From positions 1 to 64,000 of the IMG/VR virus record IMGVR_UViG_3300044612_003086: 64,000 bases of DNA; one strand, written 5' to 3'. The translations under genes and the position numbers were made by a program. Each line of letters begins with the position of its first letter. The first letter of the stretch is position 1. Below the pieces are notes generated by a model. It searched no databases. It was not told the origin of the DNA and saw only the letters and a program-made list of their open reading frames with translations. Of this stretch, positions 47,703 through 57,682 are shown one piece after another. The DNA is from an uncultured virus (IMG/VR IMGVR_UViG_3300044612_003086). Its lineage: Duplodnaviria; Heunggongvirae; Uroviricota; Caudoviricetes.

Positions 47703-48113
47703 TTAGCGGGTGTCAACCAATCTTGTCACGTCTCTGGCGGAAAGAAATATTGTCGCACTGCGAATAACCAGTTGACCAGATATATCTTCTGAAAGAACAT
47801 CTACAGCGTCTACGGGAATCGAGAATCTTGTTGCTAGCGCGGCTCGCGTGCGTTCAATTTTTACTTCGTCGTCAGCAAGGGCTTCATCTTCGGTTCTTAT
47901 CACCCGAGGTCCGACGAGCGCGCGAATCTCACTGGCTTTTTGTTCAGCGCGCAAACACCACGCACAAGCTAATTCTCCAGTTGATGCTGCACGTTTACGT
48001 ATCTCAGTATGACCACATACTAGGACGTGATGATACGAAACATGACCCCAAGCACCGACTCTTTTTATTTCGGCTATTTTGCGTCTTGGTGAGCGCCTAC
48101 GCTCGGATGTCAT
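47703..48113 (-). CDS. hypothetical protein
   Basis: 136 aa, CGH...CAWC. Confidence 0.6.
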   Translation of the reverse strand: MTSERRRSPRRKIAEIKRVGAWGHVSYHHVLVCGHTEIRKRAASTGELACAWCLRAEQKASEIRALVGPRVIRTEDEALADDEVKIERTRAALATRFSIPVDAVDVLSEDISGQLVIRSATIFLSARDVTRLVDTR

Positions 48114-48131
48114 TAAGACTCGGTCTGAAAA

Positions 48132-48419
48132 TTATTTAAAAAGCTTTCGCAAGAAGCTCTTTAGCCAATTTTTTGCCTTAGTTGTATCGACTTCAACCTT
48201 GTCTGGAACTGACTGTTCAATTTTTTCTTCAATGGCATCCCATGCCTTCATGAATTCATCTGTGTCAGCAAGATACGAGGAGGCAGAATCCTTTATCTTG
48301 ACTGCAGCTTTCGATGCTGACGTCTTTTTCGCCGCAGGCTTTTTGGCTGCTGGCTTTTTCTTGGCCGGAGCCTTCTTAGCTGCGGCTTTTTTTGCTGTTG
48401 GTTTTTTGTTCGTTGTCAT
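48132..48419 (-). CDS. Lys/Ala-rich histone-like protein
   Basis: KKAAAKKAPAKKKPAAKK N-terminus. Confidence 0.65.
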   Translation of the reverse strand: MTTNKKPTAKKAAAKKAPAKKKPAAKKPAAKKTSASKAAVKIKDSASSYLADTDEFMKAWDAIEEKIEQSVPDKVEVDTTKAKNWLKSFLRKLFK

Positions 48420-48521
48420 GGAACAGACTCTAGTGCATAAATCGAGTCCGCGGTGAAAGGGGTATTTTATTCAAAAAACATATTTACGGTTCAACTTTTT
48501 AATAATGATTAGTATTTCGAT

Positions 48522-49160
48522 GTGGAGCAATACGTTGACGATTTCGGCAAGATGGCCTTAGCCCTGACGTCGGCCCAGTTGGCTAAAGATGTTGCCATTT
48601 CCGAGCACGGAATCGGAGAGGACGTGGCTACACACTTTCTTGGATGGTCTCCAAAGTACTTAATGCTTATTGCCCAGATGAAGCAGTCTGTCACCAATCT
48701 CCCACACGAAATAAAATTTGAAAAGTGTAAAGAATTATGCGAGTTAATGCGAAAATACTGGGGTATTGCGTCGCTGACGATGGTGGCTGAGGGGTACTGC
48801 TCCTACGACGCAGCACAGACCAAAGGGTCCAGTCTTGCAGCCGCATTCGTGGACAGGGACAACTCTGTGTCTGAGTGCATAACGATAAGCCATGCCTCTA
48901 TTGACGATTCAGACTCGGTAACGCCGGTTTCGATGGTCGCCGCACCATATTCCGTTTCAATAGGTAAAAAAGTTGATTGGGCAGAAATGCTCTTTTACCC
49001 AGAAAAAGCAGACAAATACCTAAAACAGGCGAAATATCCGCAGATGATAAGAAATTCGTTAATGGGGAACGTGGTCGATGAAGTGAGCCAGGGGCAAATC
49101 ATGCGGGTTAGGGATGAAATAGACGAACTTGGCTTTTTAATTCAAGATTTTACTGTTTAA
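48522..49160 (+). CDS. hypothetical protein
   Basis: 212 aa ORF. Confidence 0.7.
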   Translation: MEQYVDDFGKMALALTSAQLAKDVAISEHGIGEDVATHFLGWSPKYLMLIAQMKQSVTNLPHEIKFEKCKELCELMRKYWGIASLTMVAEGYCSYDAAQTKGSSLAAAFVDRDNSVSECITISHASIDDSDSVTPVSMVAAPYSVSIGKKVDWAEMLFYPEKADKYLKQAKYPQMIRNSLMGNVVDEVSQGQIMRVRDEIDELGFLIQDFTV

Positions 49161-49182
49161 ATATTAGGTATAATTAAATATT

Positions 49183-49512
49183 ATGGGAGCTTTTTACGAT
49201 AGTCCTGCATTTGGAGACGGCTCCAAGGGGGAAGTAGAAATAATTGCAGGCGTAAAGATTCACCGAGCGAGCCGTCAACCATGCCCAGTTTGTGGTCATC
49301 CGACCGGTGATTGTAGTGGAGAATCTGGGCCACCAAAAACTATTTTTGGTTACAACACGAATTCATCACTAGATGACAATTTGACTTTTTATGTTGAAGA
49401 AGATTATGTTGAGGAACACGAAATAGCACCAGGCGTTACAACGAAAACAATAATTTATCGAGCTGGACAACACATTCCATTAAATACAGCAAAAGAGCTC
49501 GGACTAATTTAA
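49183..49512 (+). CDS. hypothetical protein
   Basis: CPVCGHPTGDC. Confidence 0.65.
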   Translation: MGAFYDSPAFGDGSKGEVEIIAGVKIHRASRQPCPVCGHPTGDCSGESGPPKTIFGYNTNSSLDDNLTFYVEEDYVEEHEIAPGVTTKTIIYRAGQHIPLNTAKELGLI

Positions 49513-49610
49513 TTTTTTCCACGACGCTGGACCATTTCAGTATTTTTTTTTCGGCTACACTCTTTTCTCTTATACGCTCACCGCACCACACAGTAAGGAA
49601 TTAAATTAAA

Positions 49611-51539
49611 ATGTCTATTCTTGACCCATCTTTCATCGCAAGTTACGCAGATAAAAAAACACCATGGGGTTTCGGTGGTTTGGGCGAGGTTGTATACCTG
49701 CGCACATACAGCCGCCCAGTCGATGGAACTGGTCGCAATGAGACGTGGACCGAAACAATTACCCGCGCAATTAATGGCGCAATTGAAATTGGCGTTCCAT
49801 TTACGCCAGAGGAAGCAGAAAAGCTTTTTGACCACATGTTCAACCTGCGTTGCTCGCTTTCTGGGCGTGCTCTTTGGCAACTTGGCACACCGCTTGTCAA
49901 GAAGTTCAATGCAACTTCTTTGAATAATTGTTACTTCACAAATATTGAATCGATTGAAGATTTTGAATTGCTGTTTGAATACCTGATGCTGGGTGGCGGC
50001 GTTGGATTCTCGGTAGAGCGCTCGAAGATTCACGAGCTACCAAAAGTTAAGCCAGGCGTCGTCATCACTCACGAGCGGTCAAATGACGCAGACATTATCG
50101 TTCCTGACTCTCGTCAAGGATGGAAGCGACTCCTTCATGCAGTTCTTAAGTCATACTTTGATACTGGCAAGTCTTTTTCATACTCGACAATTTTAATTCG
50201 TGAATATGGCGCGCCATTGAAGACGTTCGGCGGTACCGCATCTGGTCCAGGCGCATTAATTGACGGAGTTGCCGACATATGCAAGGTAATGCAGAATCGC
50301 GAGGGCAAGAAGCTTCGTTCAATTGACGTGCTCGACATTTGCAACATCATTGGTCGCATCGTTGTTTCTGGTTCATCACGTCGTTCAGCACAGATTGCAA
50401 TTGGTGACCCAGACGACGTTCTGTTTATTCGAGCAAAGAACTGGTCAACTGGCAGCGTTCCAGCGTGGCGTGCTAACTCCAACAACTCCATCTATGCAGA
50501 TGCGTACGAAGAAATCATGACAGAACTCTGGAAGGGTTACGACGGCTCAGGCGAGCCATACGGTCTTGTTAATCGCAAGCTTGCAAGGAATTATGGCCGA
50601 CTAGGCGAAAGAATGGTCGACAATAGCATTGAGGGCTTCAATCCGTGTGCGGAAATTGCCCTCGCAGATGGCGAGTCATGCAATCTAGCCACAATATTTT
50701 TGCCAAATGTCGAATCACTTGAACAGCTAAAAGAAATATCAATGTTGCTATACAAGGTGCAGAAACAGATAACCAGGCTTGACTACCCATACGCAAAGAC
50801 AACCGAGATTGTTCGCAAGAACGCAAGACTCGGCCAGAGCGTCACTGGAATCTTGCAGGTGGAGCAGGAAAAGATTGAGTGGCTTGATAAGGCGTATATA
50901 AATCTCCGTGAATTTGATAAAAAGTACTCGGCAGAAAATAATTGGCCAGAATCGGTTCGCCTTACAACAGTTCAGCCATCTGGTACCTTGGCGCTGCTCC
51001 CAGGCAACACGCCTGGTATACATCCAGGATTTGCGCAGTACTACATCCGACGTGTGCGCTTTGGTTCATCAGACCCATTGGTCGATGGTTGCCGTAAGCG
51101 CGGTTATAAAGTTCAGTGGGATATCGGAATTGACGGTCGCGAAGACCACACTAAATATGTGGTTGATTTTCCGTGCGAATCGCCAGAGGGCGCAGTTCTT
51201 GCCGCAAGCATGACAGCAGTTGAGCAGCTTGAATGGGTGAAGAAGATGCAAACCGTATGGGCAGACAACGCTGTGTCCGTAACCGTCTACTATCGCAAGG
51301 AAGAGCTCGATTCAATCAAAGAATGGTTATCCAAGAACTACGACAAGGGCGTCAAATCGGTGTCGTTTCTTTTGCACAGCGACCACAACTTCCCGCTTCC
51401 GCCATACGAAGAAATCACCAAAGAGGAATACCAAAAACTGATATCAAAAATAGATTTTTCAATTCCTTTGGTGCAAAATTCCTTTGACGGACTGCTTGCG
51501 CTTGATGATTGTGCTACTGGTGCTTGTCCTGTAAAGTAA
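49611..51539 (+). CDS. nrdJ: class II (B12-dependent) ribonucleotide reductase
   Basis: VYLRTYSR, SGRALW, LNNC, RRSAQI, NPCAEI, TTVQPSGT, C-terminal CATGACPVK; no beta subunit adjacent. Confidence 0.93.
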   Translation: MSILDPSFIASYADKKTPWGFGGLGEVVYLRTYSRPVDGTGRNETWTETITRAINGAIEIGVPFTPEEAEKLFDHMFNLRCSLSGRALWQLGTPLVKKFNATSLNNCYFTNIESIEDFELLFEYLMLGGGVGFSVERSKIHELPKVKPGVVITHERSNDADIIVPDSRQGWKRLLHAVLKSYFDTGKSFSYSTILIREYGAPLKTFGGTASGPGALIDGVADICKVMQNREGKKLRSIDVLDICNIIGRIVVSGSSRRSAQIAIGDPDDVLFIRAKNWSTGSVPAWRANSNNSIYADAYEEIMTELWKGYDGSGEPYGLVNRKLARNYGRLGERMVDNSIEGFNPCAEIALADGESCNLATIFLPNVESLEQLKEISMLLYKVQKQITRLDYPYAKTTEIVRKNARLGQSVTGILQVEQEKIEWLDKAYINLREFDKKYSAENNWPESVRLTTVQPSGTLALLPGNTPGIHPGFAQYYIRRVRFGSSDPLVDGCRKRGYKVQWDIGIDGREDHTKYVVDFPCESPEGAVLAASMTAVEQLEWVKKMQTVWADNAVSVTVYYRKEELDSIKEWLSKNYDKGVKSVSFLLHSDHNFPLPPYEEITKEEYQKLISKIDFSIPLVQNSFDGLLALDDCATGACPVK

Positions 51540-51551
51540 TAGGCCACGCAG

Positions 51552-51628
51552 GCGTTGGTAGCTCAATCGGATAGAGCAACAGACTTCTAATCTGTAGGTT
51601 GTAGGTTCGAGTCCTACCCGACGCGCCA
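51552..51628 (+). tRNA. tRNA-Arg(UCU)
   Basis: Anticodon loop CTTCTAA; encoded CCA. Confidence 0.95.
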
Positions 51629-51643
51629 TCAAACACATCAATC

Positions 51644-52342
51644 ATGGAGGCTGCAATGGAAGTGAAAGAAAGAAAAATTGATGAGTTTGGGTTTGTGCGT
51701 CTAGACGCACATATGGCCGACGATATGTCGGTTGTCAATGCAGCACGTGTATCTTTTGCACGACACCAAGAGGAGCTTGATGAAGCAGCAAAAGGATTGA
51801 TAAATTTCTTAATGCGCGAAAGACATGGCACTCCTTTTGAGCACAATGCATTTAGATTCCATATTAAGTGTCCAATATTTGTTGCTAGGGAATGGTTTAG
51901 GCACAGAATAGGTTCATTTAATGAATTTTCAGCTCGATACAGTATGGTCAACGATGAGTTTTTCGTTCCTGCAGAGCACGATGTGAGAACTCAGGTTGGA
52001 AAACCGGGCGCATACCACTTTGACCCCGTTGAAAAAGATGTCGCCGATAGAACTATTGAAAGAATTAAAAATATAAACGAAATGGCGTACGGCACCTACA
52101 AGGAATTGATTAATGACGGCGTTGCAAAAGAGCTTGCACGAACAGTTTTGCCAATGGGAATGTACACACAGTTTTATTGGACGGTAAATGCTCGCTCGTT
52201 AATGAATTTTTTATCTCTTCGTCTAGACAAGTCTGCACAGGTGGACATTCGCCGATATGCAACATGTGTTGAAATTGTTTTGGCTCAAACTATGCCTGTC
52301 ACGTATAAGGCATGGGTTGAAAATGGAATGGTATGTCCATAG
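51644..52342 (+). CDS. thyX: flavin-dependent thymidylate synthase
   Basis: HGTPFEH, REWFRHRIGSFNEFSARY; start may be 51656. Confidence 0.95.
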   Translation: MEAAMEVKERKIDEFGFVRLDAHMADDMSVVNAARVSFARHQEELDEAAKGLINFLMRERHGTPFEHNAFRFHIKCPIFVAREWFRHRIGSFNEFSARYSMVNDEFFVPAEHDVRTQVGKPGAYHFDPVEKDVADRTIERIKNINEMAYGTYKELINDGVAKELARTVLPMGMYTQFYWTVNARSLMNFLSLRLDKSAQVDIRRYATCVEIVLAQTMPVTYKAWVENGMVCP

Positions 52343-52374
52343 TTGATTGAAGGTGTAAAAATTAACCATATTTT

Positions 52375-52450
52375 TGGCGAGTAGCTCAGTTGGCAGAGCA
52401 AGGGACTGTTAATCCCTGGGTCGTAGGTTCGAGCCCTACCTCGCCAGCCA
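52375..52450 (+). tRNA. tRNA-Asn(GUU)
   Basis: Anticodon loop CTGTTAA; encoded CCA. Confidence 0.95.
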
Positions 52451-52513
52451 TTATGTGGATTATTTAATTGTTTCCGATAGGGTACATCTAAACCACAAAT
52501 TTAAAGGAAAATC

Positions 52514-53290
52514 ATGAGAAACATGAAGAAGATAGTTGTAGTTGCCGCCCTTTTGTTTGCAACGCTCGGCTCTAGTGAGGCAACCGCTCAAGATTGCGGC
52601 GAATACACAGAAGCTCCATCATCATTGGCCCCCTCAATGATTACGATTATTGATACAGAAGTTGGAACCGATGCATATCAACGATTGGTTGCTTACAGTA
52701 ATGGTGGGCACAAGGCTCTGGGAATGGCGATTGCTGGTTTCTATAACTACCTTGATAAGTGCCAGTACGTAGGCATTGGCATCGGAGACGGAAGTGGTGG
52801 TAATGGCTTTCGCCCGAATTACACACTAGCTATTTGGTACGAAGGTATTGATTTGTCCGTGGCTCGTTCTGCTATTTACTCCCTTATTGGAGCCAGCGCG
52901 AATCCAGTTGTGAGTAATGGTGATTGCAATATCTCATGTGACGGAACGACTGGTCGTCAGTTTGATGGCACCATTGCTACTTCCACCACTACGACGAACA
53001 TTCCCGAGACGACCACCACTACGACGACAATTATTCCGCAAGTTATTGTGCCCGTTGCTCCTCCAAGGCCAGCAGAAGAATTAGATGTTGCTCCAGTTGA
53101 AGTACCAACAGTCCCAAGTGAAGCACCAGTAATCGTTGAAACAACGACAACCACCTCCCTTGCTTCCATGCAAGTAATTGAGTCTGTTTCATTGAGTGTT
53201 GCTACTGCAAACAAGGAAGTTGCCAGCAATAAGAAGACTTTGCCCCCTAAGAAGAAGGCAAAGAAGGTGGTTGTTCAGCGCCGAAAATAA
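52514..53290 (+). CDS. secreted protein with Thr/Pro-rich linker and basic tail
   Basis: Signal peptide, poly-Thr tracts. Confidence 0.75.
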   Translation: MRNMKKIVVVAALLFATLGSSEATAQDCGEYTEAPSSLAPSMITIIDTEVGTDAYQRLVAYSNGGHKALGMAIAGFYNYLDKCQYVGIGIGDGSGGNGFRPNYTLAIWYEGIDLSVARSAIYSLIGASANPVVSNGDCNISCDGTTGRQFDGTIATSTTTTNIPETTTTTTTIIPQVIVPVAPPRPAEELDVAPVEVPTVPSEAPVIVETTTTTSLASMQVIESVSLSVATANKEVASNKKTLPPKKKAKKVVVQRRK

Positions 53291-53300
53291 CATAGGCGTC

Positions 53301-53390
53301 GGAGCGGTGGCAGAGAGGCTTATTGCACCTGTCTTGAAAACAGGAGTCCGTTTGCGCGGACCGGGGGTTCAAATCCCTCCCGCTCCTCCA
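53301..53390 (+). tRNA. tRNA-Ser(UGA)
   Basis: Anticodon loop CTTGAAA, long variable arm, CCA. Confidence 0.95.
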
Positions 53391-53396
53391 TATCCA

Positions 53397-53469
53397 GTCT
53401 GGGTAGCCCAATGGCAGAGGCACGGCGCTTAGGACGCCGCCAGTGAGAGTTCGAGTCTCTCTCCAGACA
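53397..53469 (+). tRNA. tRNA-Leu(UAG), short variable loop
   Basis: CGGCG-CTTAGGA-CGCCG arm; 5-nt variable region CCAGT. Confidence 0.88.
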
Positions 53470-53486
53470 CTATATTTTTAAGGGCT

Positions 53487-53558
53487 GCCCTTGTAGCTCA
53501 GTGGTAGAGCACCTCACTTGTAATGAGGTGGCCGTGGGTTCGACTCCCACCGAGGGCT
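53487..53558 (+). tRNA. tRNA-Thr(UGU)
   Basis: Anticodon loop CTTGTAA. Confidence 0.95.
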
Positions 53559-53581
53559 CTACTTTTTGCTAGGTTCTATTT

Positions 53582-54364
53582 ATGTCCGTAAAAATCATCA
53601 AAAATGTCGATATCGGCAATATTCCGCCTACCCCGGCGATTCCGATTATTGATGATGCTCGGACCCCGGAAGCCACATCCAACCTTATTGAAATCGCTGG
53701 ATTCCACGGATATCCAGTAAGTTACCGACAAGAACAGGGTGGGCGACTGATTCAGAATATTGTCCCTGTGCATAAAAACGAAAACCAACAAATATCTACG
53801 TCGTCAAAAGTTGAATTATATCTTCATACCGAGACGGCTTTTCACCCGTATAAGCCAACACATGTAATTTTGATGTGTTTACGCGGCGACGAAACAGCAC
53901 TGACAACATACTCCTCCCTTGACGACATAGTCTCCGAGCTTTCTGAAGAGCAGATAAATGTTCTCCGAACTCCAAACTTCACAACTTCATTGGATGACAG
54001 CTTCATGATGGATGGGGAACCGGATTTTACTCTCGGAATAACTCCTCTTTCTCGCGACAAAGCCGGCCATGATGTATTCACATTTGATTGGGCGTTAATG
54101 AGAGGTAAGACCACAGAAGCGCAATCGACTCTTTCCGCTGTTCGTGATGCAATATCAAAGACCACAAAAGAAGTGGCGCTCAAGTCTGGTGAAGTTATGG
54201 TTATAGACAACAGAGTTGCTGTACATGGCAGAAAGCCGTTTCAACCAAAATATGATGGGAGCGATAGGTGGGTGAAGCGAATCCTAACCATAGATAGACT
54301 TCCGCCAAGAAAATACATGGACGAACATGTAATTGATTTCGATTTTGAAGAGGAGGCGATGTGA
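53582..54364 (+). CDS. TauD/clavaminate-synthase-like Fe(II)/2-oxoglutarate dioxygenase
   Basis: LHTE metal motif, IDNRVAVHGR, DRWVKR. Confidence 0.85.
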   Translation: MSVKIIKNVDIGNIPPTPAIPIIDDARTPEATSNLIEIAGFHGYPVSYRQEQGGRLIQNIVPVHKNENQQISTSSKVELYLHTETAFHPYKPTHVILMCLRGDETALTTYSSLDDIVSELSEEQINVLRTPNFTTSLDDSFMMDGEPDFTLGITPLSRDKAGHDVFTFDWALMRGKTTEAQSTLSAVRDAISKTTKEVALKSGEVMVIDNRVAVHGRKPFQPKYDGSDRWVKRILTIDRLPPRKYMDEHVIDFDFEEEAM

Positions 54365-54422
54365 GCCTTAAAGAAATAGGTCTCTCCGAAGATTTCGATT
54401 TTTTGCGCACACGTTTTTCAGC

Positions 54423-54725
54423 ATGGACCAGAAGACTACGGGTTTATTAGTGCATCCACAATATACCACTAGCATGTATCCAATAACGATAAGGCAATCT
54501 CGTTATGGTGGGACATATGAGGGCGGCGAGTGGTATGCGTATCACGGAGACATAGAGCTCGCACAGGGGTATTACGACTACATTGACGGCGATGACTGCG
54601 ACGCTCTGGATTTTTGGGATTCGGACGACTCAAAATTTTTTGGTATTGGCGACACGCCGAACCAGGCACTCGAGGATATGTTGGACAGAAATCCAGTTAT
54701 TCGTACATCTCCCGATTGGGAATAG
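54423..54725 (+). CDS. hypothetical protein
   Basis: SRYGGTYEGGEW...GIGDTPNQAL; true start may be upstream. Confidence 0.6.
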   Translation: MDQKTTGLLVHPQYTTSMYPITIRQSRYGGTYEGGEWYAYHGDIELAQGYYDYIDGDDCDALDFWDSDDSKFFGIGDTPNQALEDMLDRNPVIRTSPDWE

Positions 54726-54827
54726 ACAGGTCTTTTCTCATTCTGAGAAATGTTTTTAGCATTACCGCGACTATTACCGGAGCAAATACAACTGCAGAAA
54801 CAAACCGGCAGCCCTTCTTGATGTCAA

Positions 54828-55154
54828 TCACCTAAAATCACCACTCCCACTTATCGCCCCACGCTCTTTCCTGTCGGCAAGTTTCGCAAGATTCTCATGA
54901 GCTACATTATCCAGCGTGACATTTAGCTCAAGCGCTAATTGAGAAACATACCAAAGAACATCCCCTAGCTCTGATGCTAATTCAAACCGCTTTTCTTCCG
55001 TCAGGTGTGAATCATAATCACGAATGACTTTCTTTAGTTTTCCCGCTACTTCCCCAGCCTCGGAGCAGAGACCAAGAGCTAAGTATTCGAGTGCTTTGCC
55101 CTTTGGGTAGATTGCAGTAGAGCTGGTTCGATGTTGGTAGTCGTTAAAATCCAT
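54828..55154 (-). CDS. mazG: MazG-like nucleotide pyrophosphohydrolase
   Basis: LGLCSEAGEVA...ELGDVLWY...NLAKL. Confidence 0.9.
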   Translation of the reverse strand: MDFNDYQHRTSSTAIYPKGKALEYLALGLCSEAGEVAGKLKKVIRDYDSHLTEEKRFELASELGDVLWYVSQLALELNVTLDNVAHENLAKLADRKERGAISGSGDFR

Positions 55155-55384
55155 GATGGGGCCTATCTATTTTTATGATACTTAACTTTGTTGTATTCAT
55201 TTTAGTGATTGCAATGCAATAATGATTGCCATGACAGCACTAATAATACTTGGGTTTTTGGGCATTGTTGCCGGAATATTTCACCTTTTTCTAGTTAGGT
55301 CGGTAGACCAGTACACCGCCTATGGTCAGGGCGGCACATTCCGCGAGTGGAATGAATTCGAGCGACAGAAGCTCAATTTCTAGA

Positions 55385-55993
55385 CTACTTAACGTATATT
55401 CCAAGTCTTTCCAGCTCTGTGCCCTCATCGCTAATAAACCTATAACCATCTGGCTTTGGGTCTGGCTCGTCTTTCCATACAGGAATCATTGAATTGTTCC
55501 CATATGCAAAGTCCGGATTTTCTCGCAGGTGAATTTCGATTAGTTTGCCGCCAATAAACTCGCAGTTGATTGTTCTGTACTGAAGCGGGATTAACCCTAT
55601 GAACTGCGGCAGAGGGTGCCATTTATCTGTTTTTTCCCATTTGGTGAATCTCTGATAGGGGCGCTCTGAATGCTTTGTCCCAACTGTTTTGAGGATTGGC
55701 TGATATCCCTTGTAGTCGATGCTTAGATGTTCTCCCTCAAAAACCTCACACCAGAACTCGCCTGGATGAAGAAGTTCTGTGGTTTTTTCTTCTATGTATA
55801 TTTTTCTTGCTTTTTCGCCCATACCCTCGATGTTCATCACGGGCTTCACGAAGTACTCACCCGGCTTCGGAACGGGGGTTCCACGTGGGCCACAGATATG
55901 TCCGGAGAGCCTGGAAACAATTAACTTGTCAAATACCCAGAGGTGTTTTGGGTCGCAGTTAAGCCATGCTTTTGCTTCTAGTGATTGCTCCAC
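55385..55993 (-). CDS. hypothetical protein, ATP-grasp-like
   Basis: YFVKP, FWCEVFEGEHLSIDY, INCEFIGGKLIEIHLR. Confidence 0.6.
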   Translation of the reverse strand: MEQSLEAKAWLNCDPKHLWVFDKLIVSRLSGHICGPRGTPVPKPGEYFVKPVMNIEGMGEKARKIYIEEKTTELLHPGEFWCEVFEGEHLSIDYKGYQPILKTVGTKHSERPYQRFTKWEKTDKWHPLPQFIGLIPLQYRTINCEFIGGKLIEIHLRENPDFAYGNNSMIPVWKDEPDPKPDGYRFISDEGTELERLGIYVK

Positions 55994-55995
55994 AT

Positions 55996-56241
55996 TTACG
56001 GCTCAATAAAGATGCACTCACCAGGGCACTCTTCGGCAGCTTCAATTACGTCAGATAGTCTTTCGTCTGCGAAAGAAGCCATTCCTTCCGCTCCTTCCGG
56101 GTTCCCCACAGCGGCCGCATAAATCTTGTCCCCTTCGCGCACATACGCAAGACCGTCTGGCATCATGTGAAAAACATCTGGGGCTATCTCTGCGCATAGT
56201 CCATCTCCAGTACATAGGTCTTGGTCAATCCATACTCTCAT
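55996..56241 (-). CDS. ferredoxin (single-cluster, actinobacterial type)
   Basis: IDQDLCTGDGLCAEIAPDVF...AAEECPGECI. Confidence 0.9.
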   Translation of the reverse strand: MRVWIDQDLCTGDGLCAEIAPDVFHMMPDGLAYVREGDKIYAAAVGNPEGAEGMASFADERLSDVIEAAEECPGECIFIEP

Positions 56242-56570
56242 TGCGCAGTTTCTTGTCCGCAGTAAATCTTTGCTTCATGGAGAACTTCGAACCACTTCTC
56301 ATCTATGTTCGCGCCGAATTGACTCAGTTCCATGAACAGTCGGTCACCAAGGCCCTTGTCTGACATGTCCTTAAACAATGCAAAGAACTCATGACTCTTC
56401 GTGCTTAGGTGTATATCCTTGCGCGTGAATGGATGTGTAATTCTTATGTGCGCAGCATTAAGCATTGGAGTGCAAATGTTGTATTCAGAGTTTTTTGCAG
56501 TTGTAAATGCAATCTCTTCGCTGTTCTTTTCCTCACGAACAACTTTTTTCTTCGGGGGTGCTCCAGCCAT
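56238..56570 (-). CDS. hypothetical protein
   Basis: GGAGG RBS; stop overlaps the ferredoxin start. Confidence 0.65.
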   Translation of the reverse strand: MAGAPPKKKVVREEKNSEEIAFTTAKNSEYNICTPMLNAAHIRITHPFTRKDIHLSTKSHEFFALFKDMSDKGLGDRLFMELSQFGANIDEKWFEVLHEAKIYCGQETAQ

Positions 56571-56628
56571 TACTTATCCTCCGTAATCGGTCCGCCGGTA
56601 ACCCATGCCCGGCATGATGTTTCACTTT

Positions 56629-56916
56629 TCACAGTTGCTCCTCGCTATCTGGGATGCCATTGCCGTTTTTGTCTTCAGCATTTCTTCCAGTGGAAATCAT
56701 CAGTCCTGCAAGTGTTCCAGTTATGAAAGTCGCGACGCTCGAAAGCACGCTAAAAAACATTTTATCGTTTTCTGCTTGAGCTCCTATCGGCTGCGTAACG
56801 AATACGAGAGCGTACAAAACACCTATAGTTGTTAGTGTTAAAACTGCAGCAAGTACGCACCCAACAACAAACTTAAGACGAGCATCAAGGTCCGCTGGTG
56901 TGAGTCGTGGTTTCAT
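56629..56916 (-). CDS. two-TM membrane protein
   Basis: Two hydrophobic helices; C-terminal DKNGNGIPD. Confidence 0.7.
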   Translation of the reverse strand: MKPRLTPADLDARLKFVVGCVLAAVLTLTTIGVLYALVFVTQPIGAQAENDKMFFSVLSSVATFITGTLAGLMISTGRNAEDKNGNGIPDSEEQL

Positions 56917-56936
56917 ATTTTAATTAACCCTCCTGA

Positions 56937-57467
56937 TTAATCAAGGTTGGAAAAAGAACGGACTGGGCGCACAAAGTACAATTGGTCCTTACTAACGTTG
57001 TAGCCACTAGACCCACTAGCACCAAAAATCTGCACATGTGCGGTTTCGTATGTGAAGTTCATTCCTGGAACACCTTGGGTTGAACTCCAGTATGCGCTAC
57101 CATCATCAAAGCCTCCAACCATGTCTCGATGGGCGTATAGCTGGGCCATCTCGTCATCGGAAGGCAGGAACCAATCTGTAAATCCATTCCATGAATAACT
57201 AGTGCAATATGCTGCTGCGCAGTTGTCCTTTGTATTTCCACTCATTGACGCAATAAGTTTTGTATTGCTTTCTCCTGTGCCAATTTTGTTTCCCGAAGCA
57301 CCAGAATCTCCGTATCCAGAAGACCAGGGTATTTGGACGAAATCGGGATTTCTGCATGGACCTGCTTCAAACCACAAACCAGTAGTATTTCCATGTGTGG
57401 TCGGATTGATAAAAATAACTCCACCCGCAGGTCCTTTATCACCGATTCTTAAATGTTCTATTTTCAT
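56937..57467 (-). CDS. DUF1566/Lcl-like C-type-lectin-fold protein
   Basis: IGDKGPAGGVIF, DWFLPS..E...LY, YWSST, VRPVRSF. Confidence 0.75.
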   Translation of the reverse strand: MKIEHLRIGDKGPAGGVIFINPTTHGNTTGLWFEAGPCRNPDFVQIPWSSGYGDSGASGNKIGTGESNTKLIASMSGNTKDNCAAAYCTSYSWNGFTDWFLPSDDEMAQLYAHRDMVGGFDDGSAYWSSTQGVPGMNFTYETAHVQIFGASGSSGYNVSKDQLYFVRPVRSFSNLD

Positions 57468-57682
57468 GGCGCCGTTGTTACCTCTGGTGAAATCGTATCT
57501 ACGCTTATTTCGTTCGGGTCCCATCCAAGCAGCGTTTTTGTGCACGCTCCATCTACCTCGCATATTGGCGGCTTACATTCACTCTTGCCCCAGTTTTCAG
57601 GGTCTTGACATTCATATCGGTACTTACCGTCATAGCCGCAAGAAGCAATAAGAAGTGCAGAAACAAGAATTAACCTTTTCAT
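57464..57682 (-). CDS. small lipoprotein-like protein
   Basis: LIASC lipobox; YRYECQDPENW...CKPPIC. Confidence 0.7.
   Translation of the reverse strand: MKRLILVSALLIASCGYDGKYRYECQDPENWGKSECKPPICEVDGACTKTLLGWDPNEISVDTISPEVTTAP

Noticed and set aside
52223..52236. CTAGACAAGTCTGC inside thyX resembling the 11-mer/promoter box
   Set aside because: The core is mismatched and there is no TANNNT at 11 bp; probably coincidental coding of LDKSA.
56937..57467. C-type-lectin-fold gene as a diversity-generating retroelement target
   Set aside because: No reverse transcriptase or template repeat is seen in the window.
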